Below, piece by piece: positions 29,208 through 39,135 of a DNA stretch of 64,000 nt. Both the position numbers and the translations under genes were made by a program. Position 1 is the stretch's first letter; every line of letters begins with the position of its first letter. The DNA is from an uncultured bacterium (GTDB lineage Bacteria; Oederibacteriota; Muellerivitia; Muellerivitales; Muellerivitaceae): contig CAZUXW010000006.1 of assembly GCA_964624625.1 (NCBI GenBank), positions 13,896 through 77,895 of the forward strand. Reading direction: 5' to 3'. The notes under the pieces were generated by a model. The model searched no databases and was not told the DNA's origin. It was given only the letters and a program-made list of their open reading frames with translations.

Positions 29208-30242
29208 TCAAAACCACTTTTTCTTGGAGCCGCAGGATTGCCGCACCACCAGCTGGGTCGGAATGAGGATTTGCCGGGGCTTCCATTCCCCCTGGCTCTG
29301 TATTTTTTCGATCAAAATCCTGGTGGCCTCGACGCTGATAGCCCGGTAATCCTGGCGGATCGTCGTGAGGGAATAGGGGGGTGTAAAGGCCTCGGTCACA
29401 TCGTCAAACCCGACCAGCCCGATGTCCGTTCCCACGGTCAGTCCGGCTTCCTCAATGCTATCCCAGGCGCCCAAGGCCATCAAATCGTTCGAAGCGAAAA
29501 CCGCCGTGGGCCTGTCGGGCAAAGCCAGTAATTTTTTCATGGCCTCCCTTCCCGATTCCCGCAGGAAATTTCCTTCAACGATATATTCGGGGGGGATTTT
29601 CAACCCCTGCTTCCGGATCTGCTGATGAAAGCCCTCGAGCCTATCCACGGCGTTGCGGGATGTTTTCACCGGGCCGGCGATACAGGCTATTTTGTGATGC
29701 CCCAATTTCACCAAGTGATCCACCACCTGGATGGCCGCCTCGCGGTTGTCGCTGTCGACGAAGTCCACGTTCTTGTCCTCGGTTCGGTAACCAATGAGGA
29801 CCACCGGCACCCGGTTCGCCGTCAAGTGAAGGACGTCCTTTTCCTCCAGGTAGGGGGAAACCATGAGGACGCCGTCCACCACATTGTGGAAAACTTTCTT
29901 GTACACTTCCATGGGATCGAAAACGCCGGCGATCGTGTTGATGAGAAGGCCGAATTGGTTTTCCTGGACCACTTCGTTGATCCCGTTGAGGAGGCCCACG
30001 TACCAAGGGGTTTGAAAGTTCAATTTATAGCCGGCCCAGGAGTAGAAAACCTCGATCAAGTTGGTGTGCTTGACCACCAGTCCCCTGGCGATGGGATTGG
30101 GCTTGAAATGAAGGTCGGCGATGGCCTTTTGGACCTTCACCCTGGTCTCTTCCAGGACATTGGGGTTGTTATTCAGGACCCGGGAAACGGTGGAAATGGA
30201 AACCCCGGACTTTTGCGCGACATCATAGATCGTTACAGTCAA
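29208..30242 (-). CDS. LacI-family transcriptional regulator
   Basis: TIYDVAQKSGVSISTVSRVLN HTH, PNPIARGL hinge, VDSDN, FASNDLMALG, VGFDD, LTTIRQD. Confidence 0.95.
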   Translation of the reverse strand: MTVTIYDVAQKSGVSISTVSRVLNNNPNVLEETRVKVQKAIADLHFKPNPIARGLVVKHTNLIEVFYSWAGYKLNFQTPWYVGLLNGINEVVQENQFGLLINTIAGVFDPMEVYKKVFHNVVDGVLMVSPYLEEKDVLHLTANRVPVVLIGYRTEDKNVDFVDSDNREAAIQVVDHLVKLGHHKIACIAGPVKTSRNAVDRLEGFHQQIRKQGLKIPPEYIVEGNFLRESGREAMKKLLALPDRPTAVFASNDLMALGAWDSIEEAGLTVGTDIGLVGFDDVTEAFTPPYSLTTIRQDYRAISVEATRILIEKIQSQGEWKPRQILIPTQLVVRQSCGSKKKWF

Positions 30243-30344
30243 GGCAGCCTCCGAAAATAATTAGCAATGTGGAATTTTAAAACTTCCCCAAACCCACAAC
30301 CCTATAAATTCCTAACTCCCGATTCCAAATCCCGATGGAAGCCC

Positions 30345-31082
30345 TCATTCCCATCTTGTCGCCAACCCCATCAAAACCAGGCCCCCGAGGAAAGCCCCGA
30401 TATGGTAGTTTCGCCAATGCTTCGCCTGGTGGATCTCCGGGGCCAAGTCCACGACCGCGATATGGATAAAGGTTCCAGCGGAAAAGGCCAAGGCCGCCCC
30501 CAGGACGGCGGTCGTTTTTTCCGCCAGGAACATTTGGGAAAGGACCGCCCCCACCGGAATCATGAGGGAAACCAGTCCGATCAGCAGGGCTGTGTTTGGT
30601 TTGGAACGCTTCCCCGCCATCAGGAGGCTGGAGAGGGAAAAAAATTCCGGCGCCTTGTGCCCCAGGGTCGCCAGAAAAACGATGAAACCTAATGAGGGAA
30701 TCGAAAGGGAGGCCCCCAGGGCCACGCCGTTCACTAAATTATGCAGGCTCAAACCCGCGAAGGCGACCCATCCGATTTTGTGGTAGTCGCAATGGTCTTC
30801 CTCGCAAGGGTGGGAGAAGGTGAACATTTCCAGGAGAAACAGAAAAAGAAAACCGCCCAGGAGCCAAAACCCCATGGACTTTCCCAAATACTCGATGGCG
30901 TCGGGAATTAAGTGAAGGAAAGCCGCGCCCAAAAGAACCCCTGCCCCGAAACTGATGAACAGGCGCAGATATCGGGAATCCTTATCCCTGCGGTGAAAAT
31001 AAAGGGGAAGGCAGGCACCCAGCCAACCGGCGGCCATCACCATTCCACTGTAGATTAACGAGCTTTCCATGGTTGATCCCAA
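30345..31082 (-). CDS. ZIP-family metal (Zn/Fe/Mn) transporter
   Basis: FGAGVLLGAAFLHLIP, His/Cys loop HPCEEDHCDYH, LHNLVNG, HKAPE, FIHIAVVDLAPE. Confidence 0.9.
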   Translation of the reverse strand: MGSTMESSLIYSGMVMAAGWLGACLPLYFHRRDKDSRYLRLFISFGAGVLLGAAFLHLIPDAIEYLGKSMGFWLLGGFLFLFLLEMFTFSHPCEEDHCDYHKIGWVAFAGLSLHNLVNGVALGASLSIPSLGFIVFLATLGHKAPEFFSLSSLLMAGKRSKPNTALLIGLVSLMIPVGAVLSQMFLAEKTTAVLGAALAFSAGTFIHIAVVDLAPEIHQAKHWRNYHIGAFLGGLVLMGLATRWE

Positions 31083-31117
31083 ACCAATCCTCTTTCACGG
31101 CGCTTTCATAAGTAAGC

Positions 31118-31152
31118 AAAAAAATCCGCCCTGCGGTGATCCCGAAGGACGG
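31118..31152 (-). terminator. Intrinsic terminator of the autotransporter gene
   Basis: CCGTCCT..AGGGCGG stem (one G-U pair) followed by a 7-U tract on the minus strand. Confidence 0.7.
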
Positions 31153-31202
31153 CTTGAAATCATCATAGGGCAACGAAGGCCAATCGCCAAACAAAAACGA
31201 AC

Positions 31203-34200
31203 TTAAAACCCGACGGACATTCCCCCCGTAAAGCTTTGGGAGTCATAATTCGCCTGGCCGAACTTTCCCTGGTAGAGAATCGCGGCGGACAAGCCCCGCG
31301 CGAATTGGACGTTCAATTCCGCGCCTACCACCGCCGCGTCCTGCCCCAGGGCCGGGCCTTGAACCGTGAAAGGCTGGCCTCCGCCCGAAAGACCGGAGCT
31401 GAGGCTGTCCTGGTACCCCTGGAATTGGTGCTCCCAGGCGATTCCAATTTTGGGACGGAAATTCATGGCTCCCGATTTCCAGTTCCAATCGATCTTGGTC
31501 CCCATTTGTGCGGAGAGGGCGCTTTGGCTTTGCGCGGGTATGTCCAGCGGGGCCATGGAACCAGTCTCCGAGTAAGCGTTAAGCTGAACGACCGTCGCCT
31601 GCCCGGCCAAGTAGGGGCTTAATTTGACAGCCCCCATTTTCCAATCGTAACCTCCGCCCAGCCATCCGGAAAATTGCTGGCCTTGGTTTTCCCCCTTCAC
31701 TTCAGCGCCATAACCCTGACGGCTGGTTTTGTAGCTGTTGAGTCCGCCTTCCGCCAAAGCCTCCGCGAAAAAACCGCCGGGGTGCCAACCGCCGTAAATT
31801 CCCGCTTGGCCGCCCGAAACATCCATCTTGGCTCCATTGGCGCTGGTGGTGGAAGTTTGGTCAAAGCTCAAAAGAAGCCCCGCCTCGAAATCCTTGCCGA
31901 TCCGGTAATCCGCGCCCCCGCTCATGCCGTTCACGGTCATTTGATAACCCGCGGCGTTTGCATCGCTGGAAACAGTCCCGATATTTTTGCTTCCCGTCAC
32001 GAACACGCCCCACTTGTCTTCCGTTGGGGCGCTGTCCGAAAGGCTCCTTAAATCCCCTGCCGGCAGGTCCGCCGCCAGCATGGGACCGTCCGAATCCCAG
32101 GCCGCGAGTTGGGCGGAGGGTTGGGCTGCCGCTTCCCTAATTTCCGACAACCGGCTTTCGACGAGGGCCTGATGGTTCCGGGCGGTCGCGTACCCGATTT
32201 GGAAGAGGGCCGTCAAATCCTCAGGGGCGATTTCATCGTAAACCGCCGGCAAGTCGGCGGAGGAAGTCATTCCCGCTGCCAAAATCAGGGTCCCATATTT
32301 CGGGTTCAGGAATTCAACATCCAACATGGTTCCCACGGCAACCTGGTTGGGAGTCAATCCCACCGCCGCGAAAGAAGGCTGAAGCGCCAACAAGTAGACA
32401 TCGAAGGGTTGATAGATGGGGAACCACCGGCTTCCGGTTGGGCTGATCAATTGGCTGAATCTTCCATTGACTCCGTTGTCCGCCGTCAAAAGGGTTACCG
32501 CGTCACCCATTTGGGGAAGGTAGGATCCGTAATAAAAAACGCTTAAGGTTCCGTTAAGATCGGCGGTTTGAACCACGCTCACGGAATCGGATAATCCCGC
32601 CGCCGCTCCCCCGATTCCCTCCTTGAGGGTTGCGGCGGAGCCCTGAACATAATCGCCTCCGACATTGAGGGTGAGGGTGGTTCCATTGGAAGCTAAGGTG
32701 CCGATGTTCAAGTTGACCGTGCCGGTCCCCAAAGCGTTGCTATTGCCCGCCACCAGGGTGCCGCCGTTGATCACCATAGAATTGGAAAAGTTATTGGCTC
32801 CGGTCAAGGTTAAGGCGCCTGCACCGACTTTCGTGAATTGCCCCGTCCCGGAAACAACACCATTAAAGGTTGAGTCGAAACCGTTGGTGTCGAACACCAA
32901 TCCCCCGCCCGAATTGATCACCACGTCGCGATTGGAGGTGACGGCTCCCAGGGTCTTGAAACCAGTGCCATTGAAGGTCAATGACCCGCTGGCGTCGCCC
33001 AGGTTGGAATCGCTCGAAACGGCAAGGATTCCCCCTTCCACGTCCGTCCCCCCGCCATAACTATTAGTCCCGGAAAGGGTCAAGGTCCCCAATCCCAATT
33101 TGGTCAAGGCGCCGGAACCGCTGATGACGCCTGATAGGGTGGAATTATTACCGTTGGTATCGACATTATCCGTACCGTTCAACGTGACTAAATTCGTGAC
33201 CGCTAAATTATTGACGCCCGCCTTCAAAGTGGCGCCATCCCCAAAAGTCAAATTACCCGTTCCTAAGGCGTTGTTGTTCTGAAGGTTGAGGGATCCGCTC
33301 GACAAGGTCGTTCCACCCGTATAGCCGTTCGCGCTGGCCAGCGTCAATTGGCCCGCGCCCACTTTGGTTAAGGATCCTCCCGAGCCGCCGCCGCTGCCGC
33401 CATCCAGGAAAACCCCGGAATAAGTTGTATTGAGGTCGTTGCTTCCGATCGCCAGGTTGTTGCCGCCGAGACTGACCGAACCAGCGCCTTCCAAGGAACC
33501 TACCGTTACCGAGTTACCAACCTGCACATTGCTGATATCCATGAAGGCCGTTCCATTGAGGATAAACCTCGCCGTTCCACCCTCCGCGCTTCCGTAAAAA
33601 CCGACGTTCGCGCCGTTATTCGTCGTGACGGTCACTCCCCCCGCCGAGGCGCTGTTGACGTAATGTAACGAGGCGTTGTTCGTGACGTTTCCGGTTCCCA
33701 AGGAACCGCCCGTGTCGACGGCCAATACCCCGCCCTCGATGTCCGTGCCGCCCGCGTAGCTGTTGGCGCCGGACAAGGTCAAGGTTCCCGTCCCGATTTT
33801 GACCAAGCCGCCGTTGCCCGAGATAACGCCGGCGGAGGAGGAGTTGACCCCGTTGCTGTTCCAAGTGCCGTCCGTGTTTAAAATAATCGAGCGGGTGGAG
33901 GTGATGCCAGCCAAGGTTTTGAGGGTTCCGCCGTTGAAGGTCAAGGCGCCAGCCGAGTCGCCCAAGTTCGCCTCCGAAACGACCGCCAACACCCCGCTAT
34001 TGAGGAGGGTTCCTCCCGAATAGGTACTGGCCCCGAATAATGTCAGGGTCCCGATACCCATCTTGGTCAAGGACCCGGTACCGTCAAAGGTTCCGGTAAT
34101 GATTTTATCCTCGTCGTTGGTGCCGGTCGCCAAGTTGTTGCCCCCCAGGTGGACGGCCCCATCTCCTTCCACCGAACCCACCGTCACGGCGCCCACGTGG

Positions 34201-36689
34201 GAGCTGATATCCAAAGCCGAACCAGTATTGAGGATAAACCGCCCCGAACCTCCATCCGAGGTATTTAAAAAATCAACCTCGCCCCCGTTGTTCGAGACGA
34301 TCGTCGCGGCTCCCGCCGAAGAATTATTCCAAAAGGAAAGGCTGCCCGTATTCGTGACGGTCCCGCTGTCCGCTGTGGCGCCGTCGTGGTATTCGAGGTT
34401 TCCCGCGTTGACGATCACTGAGTGGCCGCCCAGCGAGCTGTCATAGAACCCCACCGTACTTCCGGCGTTGTTCACGACAAGAGCGGTTCCCGCGTTGGAG
34501 TCGTTATAAAAATACAGTGTCCCCCCGCCGGGGCCGTTGGTGATATCCAAAGATTGGGCTGAGGCGCCGTTGACGAAAGAAAGGTTGGCGTTGTTCTGGA
34601 CGGCACCCGTGCCCAATTGGCTGTTGACCCCGGACATTTTCAGGATCCCGCCGGCAATGGTCGTCCCGCCGTCATAGGTATTGGTCCCCGTCAGGACAAG
34701 GGTTCCCGTTCCGACCTTCGTGAAGGAACCAACATTGGGGGATTGGTTGTTGATGACGCCCGTGAAGGTGGTGCTGAGGTTGTTCGCGCCGGTGGCGAAA
34801 TTATTATTTCCGAGTTCAACCGTTCCATCCCCCTCGATGGAACCCACGGTTACGGAACCCGAATTGTGGCCCGTGATATCCACCACGCCCTCCACGCCGA
34901 GGCCGTTTTGAAAGACAAATTGGGCGTCCCCACCCGTGGAATCATCGTCGAAGTGGGCCACGGACCCGCTGTTCATGGTGATGGAGGCGCTGCCGGCGGT
35001 AGAGTCGTTCTTGAAGAATAGGTTGCTGTTATTGTTGTTGGTGATGTTGGAATTACCCGCTGTCGCGACGCTGACCGCCGAGTTATTATCCAGGTAAATG
35101 GCCCCGTTATTGGTGACGGTGGCGTCCTCCATCGAGCTATTGTCGTCGAAAAGGATCGTGGCGTTGTTGGTGATAACCGAGCTTCCCGCTTTCGAGTCCC
35201 CCGCGAAACCAATTACACTGTTATTGGTGATGGTGGCGCTTCCAGCGGTGGAATTGGCGAAGAAGGAAAAACTCCCGTCGTTGGTGATGGTCGAGGTCTC
35301 GGCGGAGGCGCTTCCCAGGAAAACCAAATTGCCGCTGTTGGTGTTGTTGATCGAGGCGCTTCCCGCGCCCGCGTTGTTGTCGTAGGACAAATAACCGCCG
35401 ACGGTGATCGAGGCATTGCCCGAGGTTGAATTGTCGAGGAACTTCATGGTCCCGTCGTTCCGGATAGCCAGGTTTCCCGCGGAAGAGCTGTTGATATAGT
35501 AAAGATTGGCGTTGTTAAAAACGCCCCCTGTCCCCAACTGGCCGCCCGTGTCGACTTTCACCGTCCCGCCGGCGATGGTCGTGCCGCCATCATAAGTATT
35601 GGCGCCCGAGAGGGTCATCGTCCCGGCTCCCACCTTGGTGAAAGAACTGCTAAAGGCCCCGTCGTCGATCGCTCCCGCAAAAGTGGCGCTGAGATCATTG
35701 GCTCCGACCGCCAAGGCGTTGGGCCCGATATAAAAAGAACCGGCTCCCGCCAAGGAACCCACCGTCAAGGCGCCGTTGTGGGCCCCCATGTCGATTTGTC
35801 CCCCGCCATTGACGACGAGGCTCGAGGTGCCGCCCAAGGAATCGTCGTTGAAAAAAAGTTTCGCCCCATTGGTGGTGGTAATGGCGGCGGCGCCGGCGGT
35901 GGAACTCAGGGCGAAAGTCATGGTGTCATTGTTCGTGACCTGGGCGTTGGCCGCCGTGGAGCTGTCGGTGAGGGTCAAGGTCGAGTTGTTGGTGATGGTC
36001 GCGGCGTTCAAGGAAGCGTTGTTGATCACTGAAAAATTGGAGTTGTTCGTGATGTTTGAGTTACCGGCGTCGGAGTTAGTCTTGAAATCGAGATTACCGC
36101 TGTTGGTGATAGAGGCGCCTCCCGCGGTGGAGCCTCCGTCGAAAATGATGGTCCCGCTATTGGTGATGCCCGCATTCGCGGCCGTGGCGCTGGTGCCAAA
36201 ACTAAGGAGACCCCCGTTATTGATGGAGGCCCCGGCGGCGGAGGATGTATCTTGAAAAGAAACGGAAGCGTTATTGAGGATCGCCGCGTTGTCCGCGCTG
36301 GAGCTGTTGTAAAAATTGACCTGACCCGTGTTGAAAAGGGTTTGACTGGTGCCGGAGCTGTTGGACAGGCCCGCCCCAAAAAGTGAAAGATTATTCCCGT
36401 TGGTCCCGAGGGTGTAAGAGGGAGCGGCCGCGCCGAACTGGATTCCATCCACGGAAACCGCGGCGTTCAGGACGACGTTCGTGACACTGGAGGAACCGAA
36501 AACCGCCGTGTCGGTGGTAGCATTGGGAATCGTGCCAGGCGTCCAGTTGCCGCTCAGGTTCCAGGAATTGGATCCCGAACTGCTCCAGGTTTGCGCCTGA
36601 AGGGGCGCCGCCGCAGCCGCAACCCAAAGGGCGGCTATGCTCGCGAGGCCTAGAAGATGAAACCTTTGACGGGGAAGGTGAAATTTCAT
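31203..36689 (-). CDS. Autotransporter with beta-helical passenger and seven autotransporter-associated beta-strand repeats
   Basis: Signal peptide from ATG 36689; seven TKxGxGxLxLxxxxxYxGxTxxxxG-type repeats; many short N/S/A-rich rungs; C-terminal barrel ending GMSVGF. Confidence 0.92.
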   Translation of the reverse strand: MKFHLPRQRFHLLGLASIAALWVAAAAAPLQAQTWSSSGSNSWNLSGNWTPGTIPNATTDTAVFGSSSVTNVVLNAAVSVDGIQFGAAAPSYTLGTNGNNLSLFGAGLSNSSGTSQTLFNTGQVNFYNSSSADNAAILNNASVSFQDTSSAAGASINNGGLLSFGTSATAANAGITNSGTIIFDGGSTAGGASITNSGNLDFKTNSDAGNSNITNNSNFSVINNASLNAATITNNSTLTLTDSSTAANAQVTNNDTMTFALSSTAGAAAITTTNGAKLFFNDDSLGGTSSLVVNGGGQIDMGAHNGALTVGSLAGAGSFYIGPNALAVGANDLSATFAGAIDDGAFSSSFTKVGAGTMTLSGANTYDGGTTIAGGTVKVDTGGQLGTGGVFNNANLYYINSSSAGNLAIRNDGTMKFLDNSTSGNASITVGGYLSYDNNAGAGSASINNTNSGNLVFLGSASAETSTITNDGSFSFFANSTAGSATITNNSVIGFAGDSKAGSSVITNNATILFDDNSSMEDATVTNNGAIYLDNNSAVSVATAGNSNITNNNNSNLFFKNDSTAGSASITMNSGSVAHFDDDSTGGDAQFVFQNGLGVEGVVDITGHNSGSVTVGSIEGDGTVELGNNNFATGANNLSTTFTGVINNQSPNVGSFTKVGTGTLVLTGTNTYDGGTTIAGGILKMSGVNSQLGTGAVQNNANLSFVNGASAQSLDITNGPGGGTLYFYNDSNAGTALVVNNAGSTVGFYDSSLGGHSVIVNAGNLEYHDGATADSGTVTNTGSLSFWNNSSAGAATIVSNNGGEVDFLNTSDGGSGRFILNTGSALDISSHVGAVTVGSVEGDGAVHLGGNNLATGTNDEDKIITGTFDGTGSLTKMGIGTLTLFGASTYSGGTLLNSGVLAVVSEANLGDSAGALTFNGGTLKTLAGITSTRSIILNTDGTWNSNGVNSSSAGVISGNGGLVKIGTGTLTLSGANSYAGGTDIEGGVLAVDTGGSLGTGNVTNNASLHYVNSASAGGVTVTTNNGANVGFYGSAEGGTARFILNGTAFMDISNVQVGNSVTVGSLEGAGSVSLGGNNLAIGSNDLNTTYSGVFLDGGSGGGSGGSLTKVGAGQLTLASANGYTGGTTLSSGSLNLQNNNALGTGNLTFGDGATLKAGVNNLAVTNLVTLNGTDNVDTNGNNSTLSGVISGSGALTKLGLGTLTLSGTNSYGGGTDVEGGILAVSSDSNLGDASGSLTFNGTGFKTLGAVTSNRDVVINSGGGLVFDTNGFDSTFNGVVSGTGQFTKVGAGALTLTGANNFSNSMVINGGTLVAGNSNALGTGTVNLNIGTLASNGTTLTLNVGGDYVQGSAATLKEGIGGAAAGLSDSVSVVQTADLNGTLSVFYYGSYLPQMGDAVTLLTADNGVNGRFSQLISPTGSRWFPIYQPFDVYLLALQPSFAAVGLTPNQVAVGTMLDVEFLNPKYGTLILAAGMTSSADLPAVYDEIAPEDLTALFQIGYATARNHQALVESRLSEIREAAAQPSAQLAAWDSDGPMLAADLPAGDLRSLSDSAPTEDKWGVFVTGSKNIGTVSSDANAAGYQMTVNGMSGGADYRIGKDFEAGLLLSFDQTSTTSANGAKMDVSGGQAGIYGGWHPGGFFAEALAEGGLNSYKTSRQGYGAEVKGENQGQQFSGWLGGGYDWKMGAVKLSPYLAGQATVVQLNAYSETGSMAPLDIPAQSQSALSAQMGTKIDWNWKSGAMNFRPKIGIAWEHQFQGYQDSLSSGLSGGGQPFTVQGPALGQDAAVVGAELNVQFARGLSAAILYQGKFGQANYDSQSFTGGMSVGF

Positions 36690-36744
36690 TGTTCCTATTT
36701 TACCAGACAGGCTAAAATCCAACCCATTCCATGGAGGAAAAATC

Positions 36745-37617
36745 GTGCCCCCAATCCTAAAAACAGCCATAAAAGCAGCTAAAGCCGCTGGATTGATCCA
36801 TAAAAGGCATTATGGACTGGTCCGGAACATCCAATTCAAGTCCCACAACAAGCTCAACCTGGTGACGGAAGTGGACACCCTTTGCGAGAAAAGGGTTCTT
36901 TCTATACTGAAGCAAACCTTTCCTGGCCATAATTACTGGGGCGAGGAGAGCGGAAAGGACAAGGGAACCTCCCAATATACCTGGCTGATCGATCCCCTCG
37001 ACGGCACCACCAACTACGCCCATGCCTATCCCTTCTTTTGTTGTTCCATCGCTTTGATCAAAAAAACATCCCCTCTCTCCTTGCGGGAGAAGGACAGGGT
37101 GAGGGGTGACTTAAAAACCTCTTACGAAATCATCGCCGGCGTCATCTACGACTCCCTCCGCGACGAATGTTTCTCCGCCGAAAAAGACAAGGGCGCCTTC
37201 CTCAACGGCAAAAGGATTCTCGTCACCAAAACTTCGGACCTGAAGCAAAGTCTCGTCTGTACCGGTTTCGCCTATCACGTGATGAAAACCAAATACAACT
37301 TCAAGAATTTCGAGAACTTCGTCATGAAATCCCAGGGCGTCAGGCGCGACGGCTCGGCTGCCATGAATTTGGCTTATGTGGCGGCGGGGCGATTTGAGGG
37401 ATTCTGGGAGAGGGGGATCCAAGCCTGGGACATGGCAGCGGGAGTTTTGATGGTACAGGAAGCGGGCGGGAAGGTAACGGATTTAACCGGAAAGCCTTTT
37501 GAATTGATGGGTGAAAACGCCTTGGCTAGCAACGGAAAGATTCACCATCAGATGTTTAAAATTTTAAGTACTGGAACCGACGAAAAAAAATGGATCGCCG
37601 ATCATCGCCCTAGATGA
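36745..37617 (+). CDS. suhB: Inositol monophosphatase family protein (SuhB)
   Basis: LVTEVD, WGEE, WLIDPLDGTTNYAH, RRDGSAAMNLAYVAAG, WDMAAG; GGAGG SD. Confidence 0.92.
   Translation: MPPILKTAIKAAKAAGLIHKRHYGLVRNIQFKSHNKLNLVTEVDTLCEKRVLSILKQTFPGHNYWGEESGKDKGTSQYTWLIDPLDGTTNYAHAYPFFCCSIALIKKTSPLSLREKDRVRGDLKTSYEIIAGVIYDSLRDECFSAEKDKGAFLNGKRILVTKTSDLKQSLVCTGFAYHVMKTKYNFKNFENFVMKSQGVRRDGSAAMNLAYVAAGRFEGFWERGIQAWDMAAGVLMVQEAGGKVTDLTGKPFELMGENALASNGKIHHQMFKILSTGTDEKKWIADHRPR
37069..37106. repeat. CCCTCACC..CTCCC palindromic repeat inserted in frame in suhB
   Basis: Reverse complement CCCCTCACCCTGTCCTTCTCCCGCAAGGAGAGAGGGGA resembles the intergenic copies at 39003 and 56851/56893. Confidence 0.8.
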
Positions 37618-37653
37618 CTGGAGGCCTCCCCAAATCGGACTCGAACTTTTCGG

Positions 37654-38886
37654 TCACCGAAAATTGAAAAAAACCCTCGCCATCCCCATAAAGTCCTGCC
37701 GGAGCCTTCGGGAAGAAATGAGCACTCCGATCGTGACACCCAGATATAAAAAAGCGTAAACGTTGCGGACATAAACGGAAGAGACTCCCACCCAAGGTTC
37801 AACCAGGGGATAAAAAGCCTGGGTTATAAACAGGATGAAAAGAATTCCGGCTTCCTTCATGCTGAACCGCAAGTTGGACAGGATCACGACCCCGAAAAGC
37901 GATTGAGCCGAGGTCAGGAAGACCTCCGCCATTTGGCGGGAATCCATGGCCATGGAATGAAATCCTCCCCGGGAAAGGGTATAGGCCAAGGGCAAGGCTC
38001 CGACCAATAGAGTCCACTGGTTGACCGTCGAGGAAATGATGGTGTTGAAACTGGCGGTAGGCTTGGCCTTCAGCGCGAACAAAATAGCCACGAGAAATTC
38101 CGGCGACTCGGAGGCGATGGGCGCCAGCCACTGGACCAGGATAAATTCCTCGATCCCCCAATGTCTTCCCAGCGTCAACAATCCCTCGGCAAAGGGATGG
38201 GACGCGGCGTAAATGGTCCAGGCTGCGATGGTGAAAAAGGACAAGACAAAAATCCTTCGTGGAAATTTCGGCCAGCGTTGGATGACGGCCACCGGGCCTT
38301 CCGCCTGGGGTTCATGGGCGCCGCTCTTCAATAGACGCGAAAAATAAAAGAGAAATAACCCGAAGAAAACTGCCGTGTCGATGAGGGATAGGGTTCCTTT
38401 GAGGGGAATGAGAAAGGAATATAGGGTCGCCGCCAGCAGCACCCCCGTTTCCAGGCGCATCCTTTTTTCCAGCACCACTTCTTGTTTCCGAAACTTCCAT
38501 GCGTAAACCAAAACGATGAGGGCCCAACCCATGCCGATCAAAAGCCTGTTCCCCCCCGTCATATTCGCGACCGCGAAAGGTATATAAGCAGGGTTTTGCC
38601 CTCCCTGCCAGGCGAAATAGATGTCCACCGCGTATTCGGGCGCCACCGCCGCCAGGGAGAGGATGCCGAGGGCCAAAGCCGGGGGAATATCCACTTCCGC
38701 CACTTCCGCGGCCCAGGACAAAAGATAAGCTGAAGCGAAGATGGCCAGTCCCGGCAGAAGGGGTTCCCAGGGAATGGGAAGCTGGGGATAGAGAAAATGG
38801 GTGATGGGCCATTGTAGGGCGAGAAACGGCGCGAGAAATAGGGCCAGCTGGTTCGTCAGGGAGATGTGGGGAGTTTTCTTTTTCAT
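37654..38886 (-). CDS. Sodium:calcium (CaCA) antiporter family protein
   Basis: Multiple TM helices; alpha repeats AVAPEYAVD..ANMTGGNRLLIG and APIASESPEF..SSTVNQWTLL. Confidence 0.85.
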   Translation of the reverse strand: MKKKTPHISLTNQLALFLAPFLALQWPITHFLYPQLPIPWEPLLPGLAIFASAYLLSWAAEVAEVDIPPALALGILSLAAVAPEYAVDIYFAWQGGQNPAYIPFAVANMTGGNRLLIGMGWALIVLVYAWKFRKQEVVLEKRMRLETGVLLAATLYSFLIPLKGTLSLIDTAVFFGLFLFYFSRLLKSGAHEPQAEGPVAVIQRWPKFPRRIFVLSFFTIAAWTIYAASHPFAEGLLTLGRHWGIEEFILVQWLAPIASESPEFLVAILFALKAKPTASFNTIISSTVNQWTLLVGALPLAYTLSRGGFHSMAMDSRQMAEVFLTSAQSLFGVVILSNLRFSMKEAGILFILFITQAFYPLVEPWVGVSSVYVRNVYAFLYLGVTIGVLISSRRLRQDFMGMARVFFNFR

Positions 38887-38908
38887 TTCTTCTTTCTTTT
38901 ATACTCGG

Positions 38909-38947
38909 CGTCATTGCGAGGAGCGAACTATACGGCGAAGCAATCTC
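38909..38947. repeat. GTCATTGCGAG..GAAGCAATCT REP-like palindrome
   Basis: CGTCATTGCGAGGAGCGAACTATACGGCGAAGCAATCTC; ATTGC/GCAAT arms. Confidence 0.7.
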
Positions 38948-39002
38948 AGTTTATGGGTTGTTAAAATGTGTTGGCTGTAGCCTTTGAAACGCCATATTAA
39001 GT

Positions 39003-39041
39003 CACCCTCATCCTAGCCTTCTCCCCTCAAGGGAGAAGGGA
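39003..39041. repeat. CCCTCA..CCTTCTCCC palindromic repeat
   Basis: CCTTCTCCC-ctcaa-GGGAGAAGG 9-bp hairpin preceded by CACCCTCATCCTAG. Confidence 0.8.
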
Positions 39042-39135
39042 ATAAGTTCAGCGCCATCTTGACTATTGCATCAAGCGGCGAGGATTTTTGTGCATTTTTA
39101 ATTCCTAACTACTAACCCCTCATTCCTAATTGCTT

